DNA from: Pecten maximus
Taxonomy: Eukaryota
Direction: 5' to 3'
NCBI RefSeq assembly: GCF_902652985.1
Contig: NC_047017.1
Span: forward strand, 39,866,001 to 39,930,000
Length of the DNA stretch: 64,000 nt
The notes under the pieces are model-generated. The model ran no database searches. It was not told where the DNA came from and saw only the letters and a program-made list of their open reading frames with translations. Both the position numbers and the translations under genes were made by a program. Of this stretch, positions 24,650-36,400 are shown in pieces; within the stretch, counting starts at the first letter, position 1, and each line of letters begins with the position of its first letter.

Positions 24650-25561
24650 CGATATAACGATTTTTTAAAGTAGTTTTCATAGTTTCTTCAGTAAGTTTCT
24701 TATAACTTACATTATGTTAGTGTATATCCTCATATAGTGTTTTAACTTTACCTCTGTGTCTGAGACATGCAAGTGTTCATTCTTAACCATGGATTTCTTA
24801 ACACTGAATTAGTGATATGTCAGTCTTTGTTTCTCAAAATTAATTATATATTTCCTAATGCTTTTCTGTGTTGATATGTCTATGTGCTTTGCATCATGTT
24901 ACATGTGGGTTTTTTTATAATACATACATGTGTGTACTCTTATGTTTGTGTAGTATCATTTTATATGTTTGTCGAAGTACAAGCTCTTGGGAGCCCTGAC
25001 AACATCTCTGCCTACACCTGACATGACATGGTGTCGGGACCAGAGAGGAAACCGATGTTGACTTTTAAAAATTATATGAACTGTACGTACTGCAGTACAG
25101 TACAATATATGAACAAAATTACTGATTGTGGTAACACAATATCTTTGTGGTACTTACCCATGTAAGTATATATATGTTAATGTCACAGATGACTGTTGTC
25201 AACACATTTCAGACGTTTAATAAGCCGCCATGTCATCATTCCCCAGTCTAATGCATAATGCAAGCTAGAGAGATGGAGTGTTTTTTTGTTACAAATGATA
25301 AGCTAGAAATTAATTTTTTCAATATTTTGAATTTTAAAAGGGAAAATATATAACCCAGAATATGGGTACTTATACTTAATAAATTCGTAATAATCTAAGC
25401 TTTAAACTTATAATATTTCAAAATATAAAGTGATTACATTTTTTTCTCTCTTAATGGTAGAAATTAAACCATGATTATCATGTTCGTTGTAAACTTCCGG
25501 TTTCTATTTTCAGTTTCGACTTGTACGTGCGTGTCTGTCGCTGTAGGCTTGATCTATTACC

Positions 25562-28394
25562 ATGCAGCGAAAATATGCAATTGGCTTCGCATTCAAGTTA
25601 TTGGGAACATTATTATGTTTTACAAATGCGTCTGCAGGAAATTCAAAACCAAATGTGATAATACTAATAGCTGACGACATGGGCATTGGAGATCTGAGCT
25701 GTTACGGGGGCGAAGTGGTCAAAACCAGAAATCTCGACAAGATAGCAAAGGAAGGACTAAAATTTAACCGAATGTACTCTATGTCATCAGACACAGGCAC
25801 AATGGCAGCAATTATATCTGGTAATTTAACTTTATAAGTTGTTTGCTGTAAATGCGCGATGAAGATAAACATGATTTTCACATGTTATCTGGTTATATAG
25901 ACAGAATAGTTGTAGGATAAATGGACATGATAACGGTACAATACTACATGTTCTTATTTGGGCTGTTATATGCCATATAACATGTTTTCAGTTTAGGTAT
26001 AGATGCGAGGTTTTTGAAGTATGCACGAATTCAACTTAACCAATTAGGAAACCTATAAGGACAGCTATACAAATATATAATTTTATGTAGCAGCTACCTA
26101 TATATATATAACATCTCTTTTCCAACAGAGTGGTGTAACAGAGCACATGATTAATTAAATTTAAATCACTGCCTCCGCTAGGGATCGAACACGGGACCTC
26201 TGGCTTACTAGTCTTACGCTCAACCGATCGAGCTAAGGAGAAGATCTCTCTAGCCGAGAGGTTTATTGCGGCTAGTATTTACCAGGGTTACATACTCCCC
26301 CTCCAGGAAATAACTCGTCCTCGAGTTTCCAGGAGTAGCAGCGATGCTTGTGGAGCAATCCTGAGTATTTTCCCCGGGTCCCTACATGGGCGCCAATGTA
26401 ACAGAGCACATGATTAATTAAATTTAAATCACTGCCTCCGCTAGGGATCGAACCGGGGACCTCTGGCTTACTAGTCTTATGCTCAACCGATCGAGCTAAA
26501 GAGAAGATCTCTCTAGCCGAGAGGTATATTGCGGCTAGTATTTACCAGGGTTACAGTTGTCATGCAGAAAAAAATGAACTTGTTTTGCTATTCATTTGAA
26601 AGATATAGACAATACAATTAATTTAGTAAAACTTAAGCAGGGACATACAGCCAGATTAAAAAAAAAAAAAATAATTGTTTCAAATTTGGACAAATCTTAT
26701 TATTTCATCATGACTGGACAGTATGTCATAATGCTATCTGACTTTACTGTGCCAGAACTGTAAAGAACAATGTCAGAATCTGATCAAAGGTAAAGTTTTA
26801 CCCTTGTCTGTGAAAAACAATCTCAGAAACGACTAAGTGATACCTATTATAAACAATATTTCAGATTACATCTGAATCATTAATTTTACATTTTGTTTTA
26901 ACATCAGGAATGTATCCTGTAAGAAAGGGACTTGGCAAAGGATCACTGGGATGGTCATCCTTCTGGAGCCTTGCTCAGTCTGGAGGTCTGTCAGCAGAAG
27001 ATCCAAATATTGCATCACTGTATGCATCTCATTCCATGAAATATCAGGCCGTGTTCATGGGTAGATGGGACCTTGGGGCAGGTAGTCAAGGGCAACATCT
27101 CCCAGGGAGTACAGGCTTTGTATCATTTTATGGTACACCAATGTCGCATAGTCCAGGATGCAGTTCGGATACCATGTTCAGGTTCACAGACTGGGATTTC
27201 TTCCTCCTGCTCCTACGACAAAACCAAATTGTGATTGCTTCTGTGGCACTAGCTTGTATACTTCCAAGGCTCTTTGGAATTAAAAGAGAAGTTTCTTTAA
27301 TCCTTTTGATAGTGATGGGAGGCCTGTCATTGGTTATCCTGAGGATGTATTGTTGGATGGGTCCATTGTCACCAAGTAGCTGTGTGTTGTACAGGGACAA
27401 TGTCATTAGTGAACAACCATATCAGGATGAGAAAATGACACAACGTATCACTTTGGAGGCAGTCAATTATCTCAAGTATCGACGATCAAACACTTTCTTT
27501 CTAATGGTGTCATATTTACAACCAAAATATCCAGCCTTTTCCTCAGAACATTTCAAGAACAAGTCGAGAATTGGTCCTTATTATGATGCAGTTTTAGAAA
27601 TAGATTGGAGTGTTGGGAAAATACTGCAAACCCTAGAAAAAGAAGGTATATCAAATGAAACTGCTGTGATATTTTTATCAGATAATGGACCACAATTAAT
27701 CGACATATTCACAGGAAATATAATTCACAGCAGTATGACTGGACAAAAGATTCTTCATCGTGGTAAGCAAAAAATCAGGCTAAAGGGAGGAAAAGGATCG
27801 TTCTATGAGGGTGGAATTCACATTCCAGCTATGATGAGATGGCCAGGGCATATTAATCCTGGTACAGAAACAAATGTTGTTACTTCTGTGCTTGATATAT
27901 TTCCAACTGTCATTGATATATCAGGTATAAAAAAGAAATACCAGTTCCATAAATTTGATGGTGAAAGTCTAGTATCATTGTTTGAAAATCCTAAGCAAAA
28001 TGCTGATGCTATTCATAGCACTTTGTTTCATATAGATGACCTTACAAAGCCTGGGTCAGACTGGGCCGTTACAGCAGGGGATATGAAAGTTCACTTCACA
28101 GACTCTACACTGGAAAAGAATAGCAAGTCTCAAAGAATACCTCTGATTTACAACATTACAACTGATCCAGGTGAAACAGTGGCCTTATCCGTCAAGGATC
28201 ATGCTGGACTTTTGTACAACATACAACTGGATATGGCACGTTCTAATCTAATGGCGGGAGGTTCAGATACTTCTAAAACATCACAGTTTGATGAAATACC
28301 ATATCCTTGGAATGTTCCCTGTGCTAGAAGTAATTTTCTATTTTGCCATAAAAAACTTGACCATAAAGAAAATTTCAATTCATTATTCCCCTGA
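25562..28394 (+). CDS. Steroid-sulfatase/arylsulfatase-like membrane protein lacking the catalytic CxPxR motif (about 581 aa, 2 exons)
   Basis: Exons 25562-25820 and 26908-28394 (1746 nt). Signal peptide, KPNVIILIADDMGIGDLSCYG, STS-type hydrophobic hairpin, SDNG, KGGKGSFYEGG, YNITTDPGE and a C-terminal PWNVPC. The active-site segment reads DTGTMAAIISG instead of CTPSRAAxxTG. Confidence 0.9.
26134..26555 (-). mobile_element. TRIM (miniature LTR retrotransposon) with a tRNA-derived sequence in each LTR; Helenus/TRIMp3-like
   Basis: Two 159-bp direct repeats (26134-26292, 26397-26555; 5 differences), each TGTAAC...GTTACA. The 104-bp interior has, on the minus strand, PBS TGGCGCCCATGTAGGGAC next to the 5' LTR and PPT GGAGGGGGAG before the 3' LTR. 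Flanks are GTGG/GTTG (imperfect 4-bp TSD). Lies in the sulfatase intron. Confidence 0.92.
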
Positions 28395-29341
28395 CAGTAA
28401 CTTGTGTTCTAAATTTTAATTTTTATATAATTGTGTGTTAGAATGTTATTTATATATTTTTTTCTTATTCAAATGTATTGAGTAAAGAACAGGTAAAACA
28501 TCATTCAGAAAAGACTTCATGTCAACAGGAGCGATTAATATAAGTTGATAGAATTTGTTTCTCAGTTGTTGTGAAATAAAGTTTATATTTACACTGATCC
28601 ATATCGCAGTATTACGTTTTTATTGCACACAGGAATTCTGAACACATTCCAGATCCTACCACCCACACACAGTGAGGTATGCATGCATGTACAATTGTAT
28701 TATACTAATCACTTTGTGTATGCATCCTTCTGTACAAGGATTTCATTTATATTCATATGTACATAACATCACAACATGAGTTCTACACCAATTAGATTTC
28801 GTTGGTAACTGGTTCAGACTTGAGGACATAGCTCACACTTGACTATTATCAAAATTATCAAAATAACAAAAAAATGAGTATATTTCACCAGGACAGAATT
28901 CTGCAGAAGTGAATGTGTTGGTTTTTTTTCTTTTTAATTTCATGGTCACTATGAAAACCATCATATGTGCTTTCTATTGCTGGTTGGTTCATTGATGAAG
29001 CTTATTATGATGCCCACACAACATCTGAAGTGATATATGAATCCCGCAATCATTAAAAAGTAGCAGTGATTAATTATGAGAATTTCCTATGTGCAAAAAA
29101 CCAGAACTTCAGCAAAATAAAGAATCTTAATCCAGGGTCCAAACTTGATCTGTAATCCATTAGAGGATAAAATACATATGGAGTTTTAATTTGATGTGGC
29201 AATTTCCTAGAGTGCAAAAGGTAAAAATTCTAGCAAAAATGAAGCATTGACACAGGTTTAAATTAAAACTGTTATTCATAATGACAAAGCCAAATACTAA
29301 GTTACAAACTGATGTGGCAAGCAGGAGTGAAGGAAAGTCTG

Positions 29342-30605
29342 AACAAGAGGCCCAATGGGCCTGTATCGCTCACCTGGCTCTACAGCAACTTTGAAGTTGA
29401 TTGAGGTCATTTCTACAGATACTATGCTGATTATCATAGTAAGCTAGGTTTATTCATATTAATAAATTTTCTAGTCCTTCATTCCAGCATTTTATTGGCC
29501 TAATATCTGGTCTAGGAGGCTCTTGGCTATCGCAAAATTATTGTTTACAGATTTAAGCCGATTTCACCCCTGCACCCCAGCATAATACAGGCATAATATC
29601 AAGTCCCTGGGCCTCTTGGTTATTCAGAAGAAGACGTTTGAAGATTATTACCTATTTGACCCATGTGACCTTGAATAAAGGTCAAGGTCATTTATTTGAA
29701 CAAACTTGGTAGCCCTTCACCCCAGCATGCTACAGGCCCAATATCAAGTCCCTGGGCCTCTTGGTTATTCAGAAGAAGTTGTTTGAAGAGTATAGCCTAT
29801 TTGACCAATGTGACCTTGAATGAAGGTCAAGGTCATTTATTTGAACAAACTTGGTAGCCCTTCACCCCAGCATGCTACAGGCCCAATATCAAGTCCCTGG
29901 GCCTCTTGGTTATTCAGAAGAAGTTGTTTGAAGAGTATAGCCTATTTGACCAATGTGACCTTGAATGAAGGTCAAGGTCATTTATTTGAACAAACTTGGT
30001 AGCCCTTCACCCCAGCATGCTACAGGCCCAATATCAAGTCCCTGGGCCTCTTGGTTATTCAGAAGAAGTTGTTTGAAGAGTATAGCCTATTTGACCCCTG
30101 TGACCTTGAATGAAGGTCAAGGTCATTTATTTGAACAAACTTGGTAGCCCTTCACCCCAGCATGCTACAGGCCCAATATCAAGTCCCTTGGCCTCTTGGT
30201 TATTGAGAAGAAGTCGTTTGAAGATTATAGCCTATTTGACCCCTGTGACCTTGAATGAAGGTCAAGGTCATTTATTTGAACAAACTTGGTAGCCCTTCAC
30301 CCCAGCATGCTACAGGCCCAATATCAAGTCCCTGGGCCTCTTGGTTATTGAGAAGAAGTCGTTTGAAGATTATAGCCTATTTGACCCCTGTGACCTTGAA
30401 TGAAGGTCAAGGTCATTCATTTGAACAAACTTGGTAGCCCTTCACCCCAGCATGCTACAGGCCCAATATCAAGTCCTTGGGCCTCTTGGTTATTGAGAAG
30501 AAGTTGTTTAAATGAAAAAGTTGACGCCGGACGGCCAGACGGCCGGACGGCCGACGGACGCCGCACCACGGCATAAGCTCACTTGCCCTTTGGGCAGGTG
30601 AGCTA
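29342..30605. mobile_element. Helentron-type non-autonomous element (pearl/DINE-like) carrying about 6.5 x 145-bp internal satellite
   Basis: Left end AACAAGAGGCCCAATGGGCCT plus subTIR GCTCACCTG (29368). 145-bp units with TGACCTTGAATGAAGGTCAAGGTCA. A GACGGCCG/GACG microsatellite precedes the right hairpin AGCTCACTTGCCC-TTT-GGGCAGGTGAGCT (30576-30604). A matching left end occurs at about 447-480. Confidence 0.85.
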
Positions 30606-31189
30606 ATAACCACATATCAACTAACAAATTGATGTAGCAAGTCGTAGCCAAAACAAGTCAGGAAAATGGTTATTTATGTTTTTACAATGTACAAAGGGAC
30701 ATAACTCCAGCAAAACCTTGAATTTTGAAACGGGGTTCGAACTCAAAACTTAATTCATTATGATGTGACATACATGTACATGTACTATATTGACATATAC
30801 ATGTAGTAAAGAAAAATAATTCCCGAAAAACTAAAGTTTGACTGACGCTCAACAACGAAATGATTCCTAATTGTCTGCCATGCTTGGCAGGTAACACAAT
30901 AAGTGTGTTGGAGTATAATTTATGTGGCAATCAATTACCTTTTACAATATATGGCATATTATTAAGATGTATACAAGAAATAAAATATAAACAATCAACC
31001 ATTTTCAAATCATTTAATTTGATAGTACATCTATTGATGCAGTAGCACTTTGGTTGGAACACACTCGAAGCTTCAACAGATTGCAAATAATCTACCTTGT
31101 GCAACATTAGGTATTTTGTTTCTGTAACTTGATAAACATACTTACACCACCCTGACATTTGTAGTGTTCATATGTATTGTGCACGAACA

Positions 31190-32045
31190 ATCTAATATCT
31201 GTACTATGTCCTAACACCCTGATATTTGTACAGTGTACTAATGTCCTGATATTTCTACTATGTACTAATGTCCTGATATTTGTACTGTGTACTAATGTCC
31301 TGATATTTGTACCTTGTACTAACACCCTGATATTTGTAGTGTACTAATGTCCTGATATCTGTACTATGTCCTAATGCCCTGATATTTGTACTGTGTACTA
31401 ATGTCCTGATATTTGTACTGTGTACTAATGTCCTGATATTTGTACTATGTCCTAACACCCTGATATTTGTACTGTGTACTAATGTCCTGATATCTGTACT
31501 ATGTCCTAACGCCCTGATATTTGTACTGTGTACTAATGTCCTGATATTTGTACTGTGTACTAATGTCCTGATATTTGTACCTTATCCTAACACCCTGATA
31601 TTTGTACTGTGTACTAATGTCCTGATATTTGTACTGTGTATTAATGTCCTGATATTTGACTGTGTACTAATGTCCTGATATTTGTACTGTGTACTAATGT
31701 CCTGATATTTGTACTGTGTACAAATGTCCTGATATTTGTACTGTGTATTAATGTCCTGATATTTGTACAGTGTACTTATGTCCTGATATTTGTACAGTGT
31801 ACTAATGTCCTGATATTTGTACAGTGTTCTAATGTCCTGATATTTGTACTGTGTACTAATGTCCTGATATTTGTACCTTATCCTAACACCCTGATATTTG
31901 TACTATGTACTAATGTCCTGATATTTGTACTATGTACTAATGTCCTGATATTTGTACATTGTACTAATGTCCTGATATTTGTACAGTGTACTAATGTCCT
32001 GATATTTGTACTGTGTACTAATGTCCTGATATTTGTACTGTGTAC
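31190..32045. repeat. 27-bp minisatellite, about 31 copies
   Basis: Unit TGTACTAATGTCCTGATATTTGTACTG. Confidence 0.95.
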
Positions 32046-32904
32046 TTAGTTTACAATTTCATCATAACAATTATAATAGTATCTCATTTGTTCTATCTTA
32101 TAATGACTAACTTAAACTAGTAATTTAGTAAACACTGTTCTTTACAAAAAACAATAGAGACTGGTAAAACAGAAACATACAATCAGTCTGTGATGAAGCA
32201 CTCTCACAAACAATTATATCAACCACTTGTTAATCTCTCCAGACTAAAACATATGGATGATCAGACTTACACAATGATAATTAATGTGTATTATACTCTA
32301 AACAGTTACATCTGGTACACAATAACAACCTTTAAAATCTTCATAGACCTATGAACTTTCATATAATTCTACATACAAGCAAGTGTTAAGCACCATTTTA
32401 TACATCTACAAAATCCAAAATCCACGGGTTTTGTTCTCAATATATGTCTGCACAGTAGACAATATTCATCAAAGAATCATCAACTCTGTACATCAGTTTG
32501 TGGATGATAAAGATACACGAACCATTCAACTGATCCTGTATTAGGAGGGTCTTGGTGGATTCACTACTTTGGGTGTATTTGTTACTACCTGACTTATTTT
32601 CACTGCACAGGTATCAGTCTAGCGATTGGCCAGCTTTGATATTTGGAGCTAATCAAACTGCCAAGTACACCTTCAATTTTGAAAGGACATAGTCCAAGGG
32701 TACAGACAAGATAATAAGATTACATATATTAAGAAAAGAACCCATGGATTTGGAAGATATGTACATATGAATGCCTCCATATCAACATCTAAGTATCACA
32801 TTTAAACAGCGTTTCGAGGAATGTATGTACCAGCACACTTGTCTGTCTCCAGCAATTACCAAATACACTTACATGATATCCCAAATAGGTAAAAACACAC
32901 TTCT

Positions 32905-33440
32905 ACAGTTGTATGTGTCTCCATTCACAACAGACTTGGATAGTGTCTCCATATATTTCCAACAGACTGGTATTTGTGTCCATTAACAATAGACTTGGAT
33001 AGTGTCTCCAGGCATTACCAACACACCTGTATGTGTCTCCATTCACAACAGACTTGGATAGTGTCTTCAGGATTACCAACACACCTGTATTTGTGTCCAT
33101 TAACAAAAAACTTGGATAGTGTCTCCACACATTACCAACACACCTGTATTTGTGTCCATTGACAATAGATATGGATAGTGTCTTCAGGATTACCAATACA
33201 CCTGTATTTGTGTCCATTAACAAAAGACTTGGATAGTGTCTTCAGGATTACCAACACACCTGTATTTGTGTCCATTAACAAAAAACTTGGATAGTGTCTT
33301 CAGGATTACCAATACACCTGTATTTGTGTCCATTGACAATAGATATGGATAGTGTCTTCAGGATTACCAACACACCTGTATTTGTGTCCATTAACAAAAG
33401 ACTTGGATAGTGTCTCCAGGATTACCAACACACCTGTATG
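32905..33440. repeat. 58-59-bp minisatellite, about 9 copies, immediately after the TBCE stop codon (probable 3' UTR)
   Basis: Unit TGTATTTGTGTCCATTAACAAAAGACTTGGATAGTGTCTTCAGGATTACCAACACACC, beginning about 55 nt downstream of the TBCE TAA on the minus strand. Confidence 0.9.
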
Positions 33441-33496
33441 GTGTCTAAGTGAATGGCTACACAACTGTATGATGTTTCCAGCAATGAACATACTGA

Positions 33497-36400
33497 TTAC
33501 CACCGTACTAGTATTGTGTCACCAGGCTCTATAGAATAAAAGGAAACCGCACGAAGATCGTTGTCTAATTCTATTTCAACATGTTTCATCTGAAAAAAAT
33601 AGCAAAGGATATAATTGGTTAATTTCACATTAAAAATCTTTATTCGTATCTAACCATGTTATATTGATTTTAAGGAAGATTTGACTTCTTTAATTTTAAA
33701 GTTTACCACAACTGTGTAATTGTACATGAAAATATCCACCTACTTATAATAAAAGGATACCACGCCAACAGTTACAATTCAGAATGCTGCTTGGGCTTAT
33801 GAAAGAGAGTTACTTCCCTTGTCAAAATAATCATGTTTCATTAAAAACAATAGAAAATTGTTGTACTTGTTTCTGATTATAACAGAGTTTGACCATTGTT
33901 ACAACAGTTTCTGTTAGAACAATGATTTTGTAAGAGGTATGACAAAATGTCATTTTTAAAACAACACTGTTGATAATTTACATCAATTGACATTTCATAA
34001 TAGTGACAATGATAGAAACATATACATAGTTGTCAATCACCTGGATTACGTGGGGTAGAATTAGAATTTACCTTAAACCCTGATTACTTACATCTCCTAA
34101 ATTGGGGTTTCAATTTCAATTTCTTAATTGGCTGAGGGCCATATGCCCCATAAGTAATATAATATTATAAAAACACAATACTGGTTTATTCGATTTATCC
34201 CCGATTTGAGCAGCAGTACATCCTAAAATTCCACTTGGACCCCAACCTGATTGTGTAAACAAAGGTATTTTGAGTTATTTCATTTGTAATGTTAATGAAA
34301 ATAACTGAAGTACTGTACCTTTTTTGTTTCATAGGAAAGTTGTAGCTCTCTATCATCCCACTTAAACAGCTTCATGATTAAAGCTTTCAGTTTCTGTACC
34401 GTCATGGTTCCTGTAACAATGCATCAATGTACAAATCTTTCTCAAAAGTAACATTATCACTATTTTCTGGGTCTTCCTTGAGAGTAACATTATCTTTACT
34501 AAGTTTTCTTCAAGCATAATGTGATCATTCAAATCAGTTAGTGATACTGCTGATTAACATAACAATACCTATTGTTATAGTTAAAGTTCACTTTTCAGCT
34601 TTTACTATGTCTAAATGAATGTGATAATACAATTAACCAGTTACTCCATGAAGCAGGTCTTTCCTGTTAACAGTATAGTGTACCTTACAAAATCCGATCT
34701 CCTATTAGAGATGGAGAAAAAAACTGGTTTCTAGAGATACATACCACTATACAGTAAATTTTGTTGAAATTAAATTTTAGTGCATTTCCAATGTTTTATA
34801 GATGTAATGCAAATTTGAATAAGAATTGTTATATACAAATTGAATATAGAAAATGTAATTAGCACTAACATAATTTAACCTAATTCTTCCAGTGTGAAAA
34901 GTGCTAAAATAAGGTTACCACTAAAACATGTACGTTTAGTCGTTTACAGTAATTAGTTTATAAAGTGTTATAAGATCTCACCTGGGATTTTCTTCTGTTT
35001 AGAACCCTTGTCAGGATCAAAGGGGCTGGTTATAGTGACCGCTGGGTCAGGTTAAGGAACTAGGTAACCATCATAGCAACACGCAATTATACAGTATCAA
35101 AGTGTATCCTAGCCAAACAAAAGTCATGTTGTTGTTTTTTAAATGCCTCTGCCAGGGAGTGAACCAGTTCCCCTGATTATTAGCATGATTATTATAACGC
35201 TCTTTCCAAATTCAAAATGCATTGTAAGCTTAAGAGAAATTCTTCCCAGTGGAGTATCCAGAAAGCAGCTAGTATCTGAACATGGTTACAGCAACATGGA
35301 ATTTCCCACTGTAAGAGTGAACCATTGCAGAGATACGCTTTCATAAAACAGTCAGTTTTCGATATAAAGTAACTTGTAATGAGAGAACATTTTAAGCACA
35401 TCAAGAAGAATTGTACAATATTGTGTATGAATCAAAGGGTTACTTCTGCTTCTTTTTACCAGTCAAGCAAGCAATTACATTTGATTACTTTTGTTTCACA
35501 CCATATCGACATTGTCTGAAAGAAAGACTTAATATAGCAGGAAAAAGATACTGATTAAACTGTCTTTTAGGGTTTTTTCTTTCTGATTCATCTCAGAGTT
35601 TTCAGGAGGTCCATACACTGTAACAAAAAATACCATGTAATATGCTACCAATGCACCACGGTATGATCTTAATACAGTTTCTTTTTTTAAACCCCTCCCC
35701 CCCCCCCCCCCCCCCCCCACACTTTTGTCCTCCTTCCTTAGCCTTAGATTGTGTTTTCTATTGAAATGTTTTACATGTTTTAACATATAGTATAGATCTC
35801 AAGGACTTCAGTCTACCTGTATTAACATGATTCCCCATGATAACCTACCTCTGACAAGCTCCTGGTAGTGAGGGTAACCTACCTCTGACAAGCTCCTGGT
35901 AGCTAGGATAACCTACCTCTGACATGCTCCTGGTAGCGAGGGTAACCTACCTCTGACAAGCTCCTGGTAGCGAGGGTAACCTACCTCTGACATGCTCCTG
36001 GTAGCGAGGGTAACCTACCTCTGACAAGCTCCTGGTAGCGAGGGTAACCTACCTCTGACAAGCTCCTGGTAGCTAGGATAACCTACCTCTGACATGCTCC
36101 TGGTAGCGAGGGTAACCTACCTCTGACAAGCTCCTGGTAGCGAGGGTAACCTACCTCTGACATGCTCCTGGTAGCGAGGGTAACCTACCTCTGACGAGCT
36201 CCTGGTAGCGAGGGTAACCTACCTCTGACAAGCTCCTGGTAGCGAGGGTAACCTACCTCTGACGAGCTCCTGGTAGCGAGGGTAACCTACCTCTGACAAG
36301 CTCCTGGTAGCGAGGGTAACCTACCTCTGACAAGCTCCTGGTAGCGAGGGTAACCTACCTCTGACAAGCTCCTGGTAGCGAGGGTAACCTACCTCTGACA

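Noticed and set aside
26168-26505. Two functional tRNA-Thr(AGT) genes
   Set aside because: Acceptor and anticodon stems pair poorly, and both copies lie inside the LTRs of a TRIM, so they are treated as tRNA-derived promoter modules.
29820-30437. Four near-identical 60-aa ORFs
   Set aside because: They are the 145-bp internal repeats of a non-autonomous Helentron-type element.
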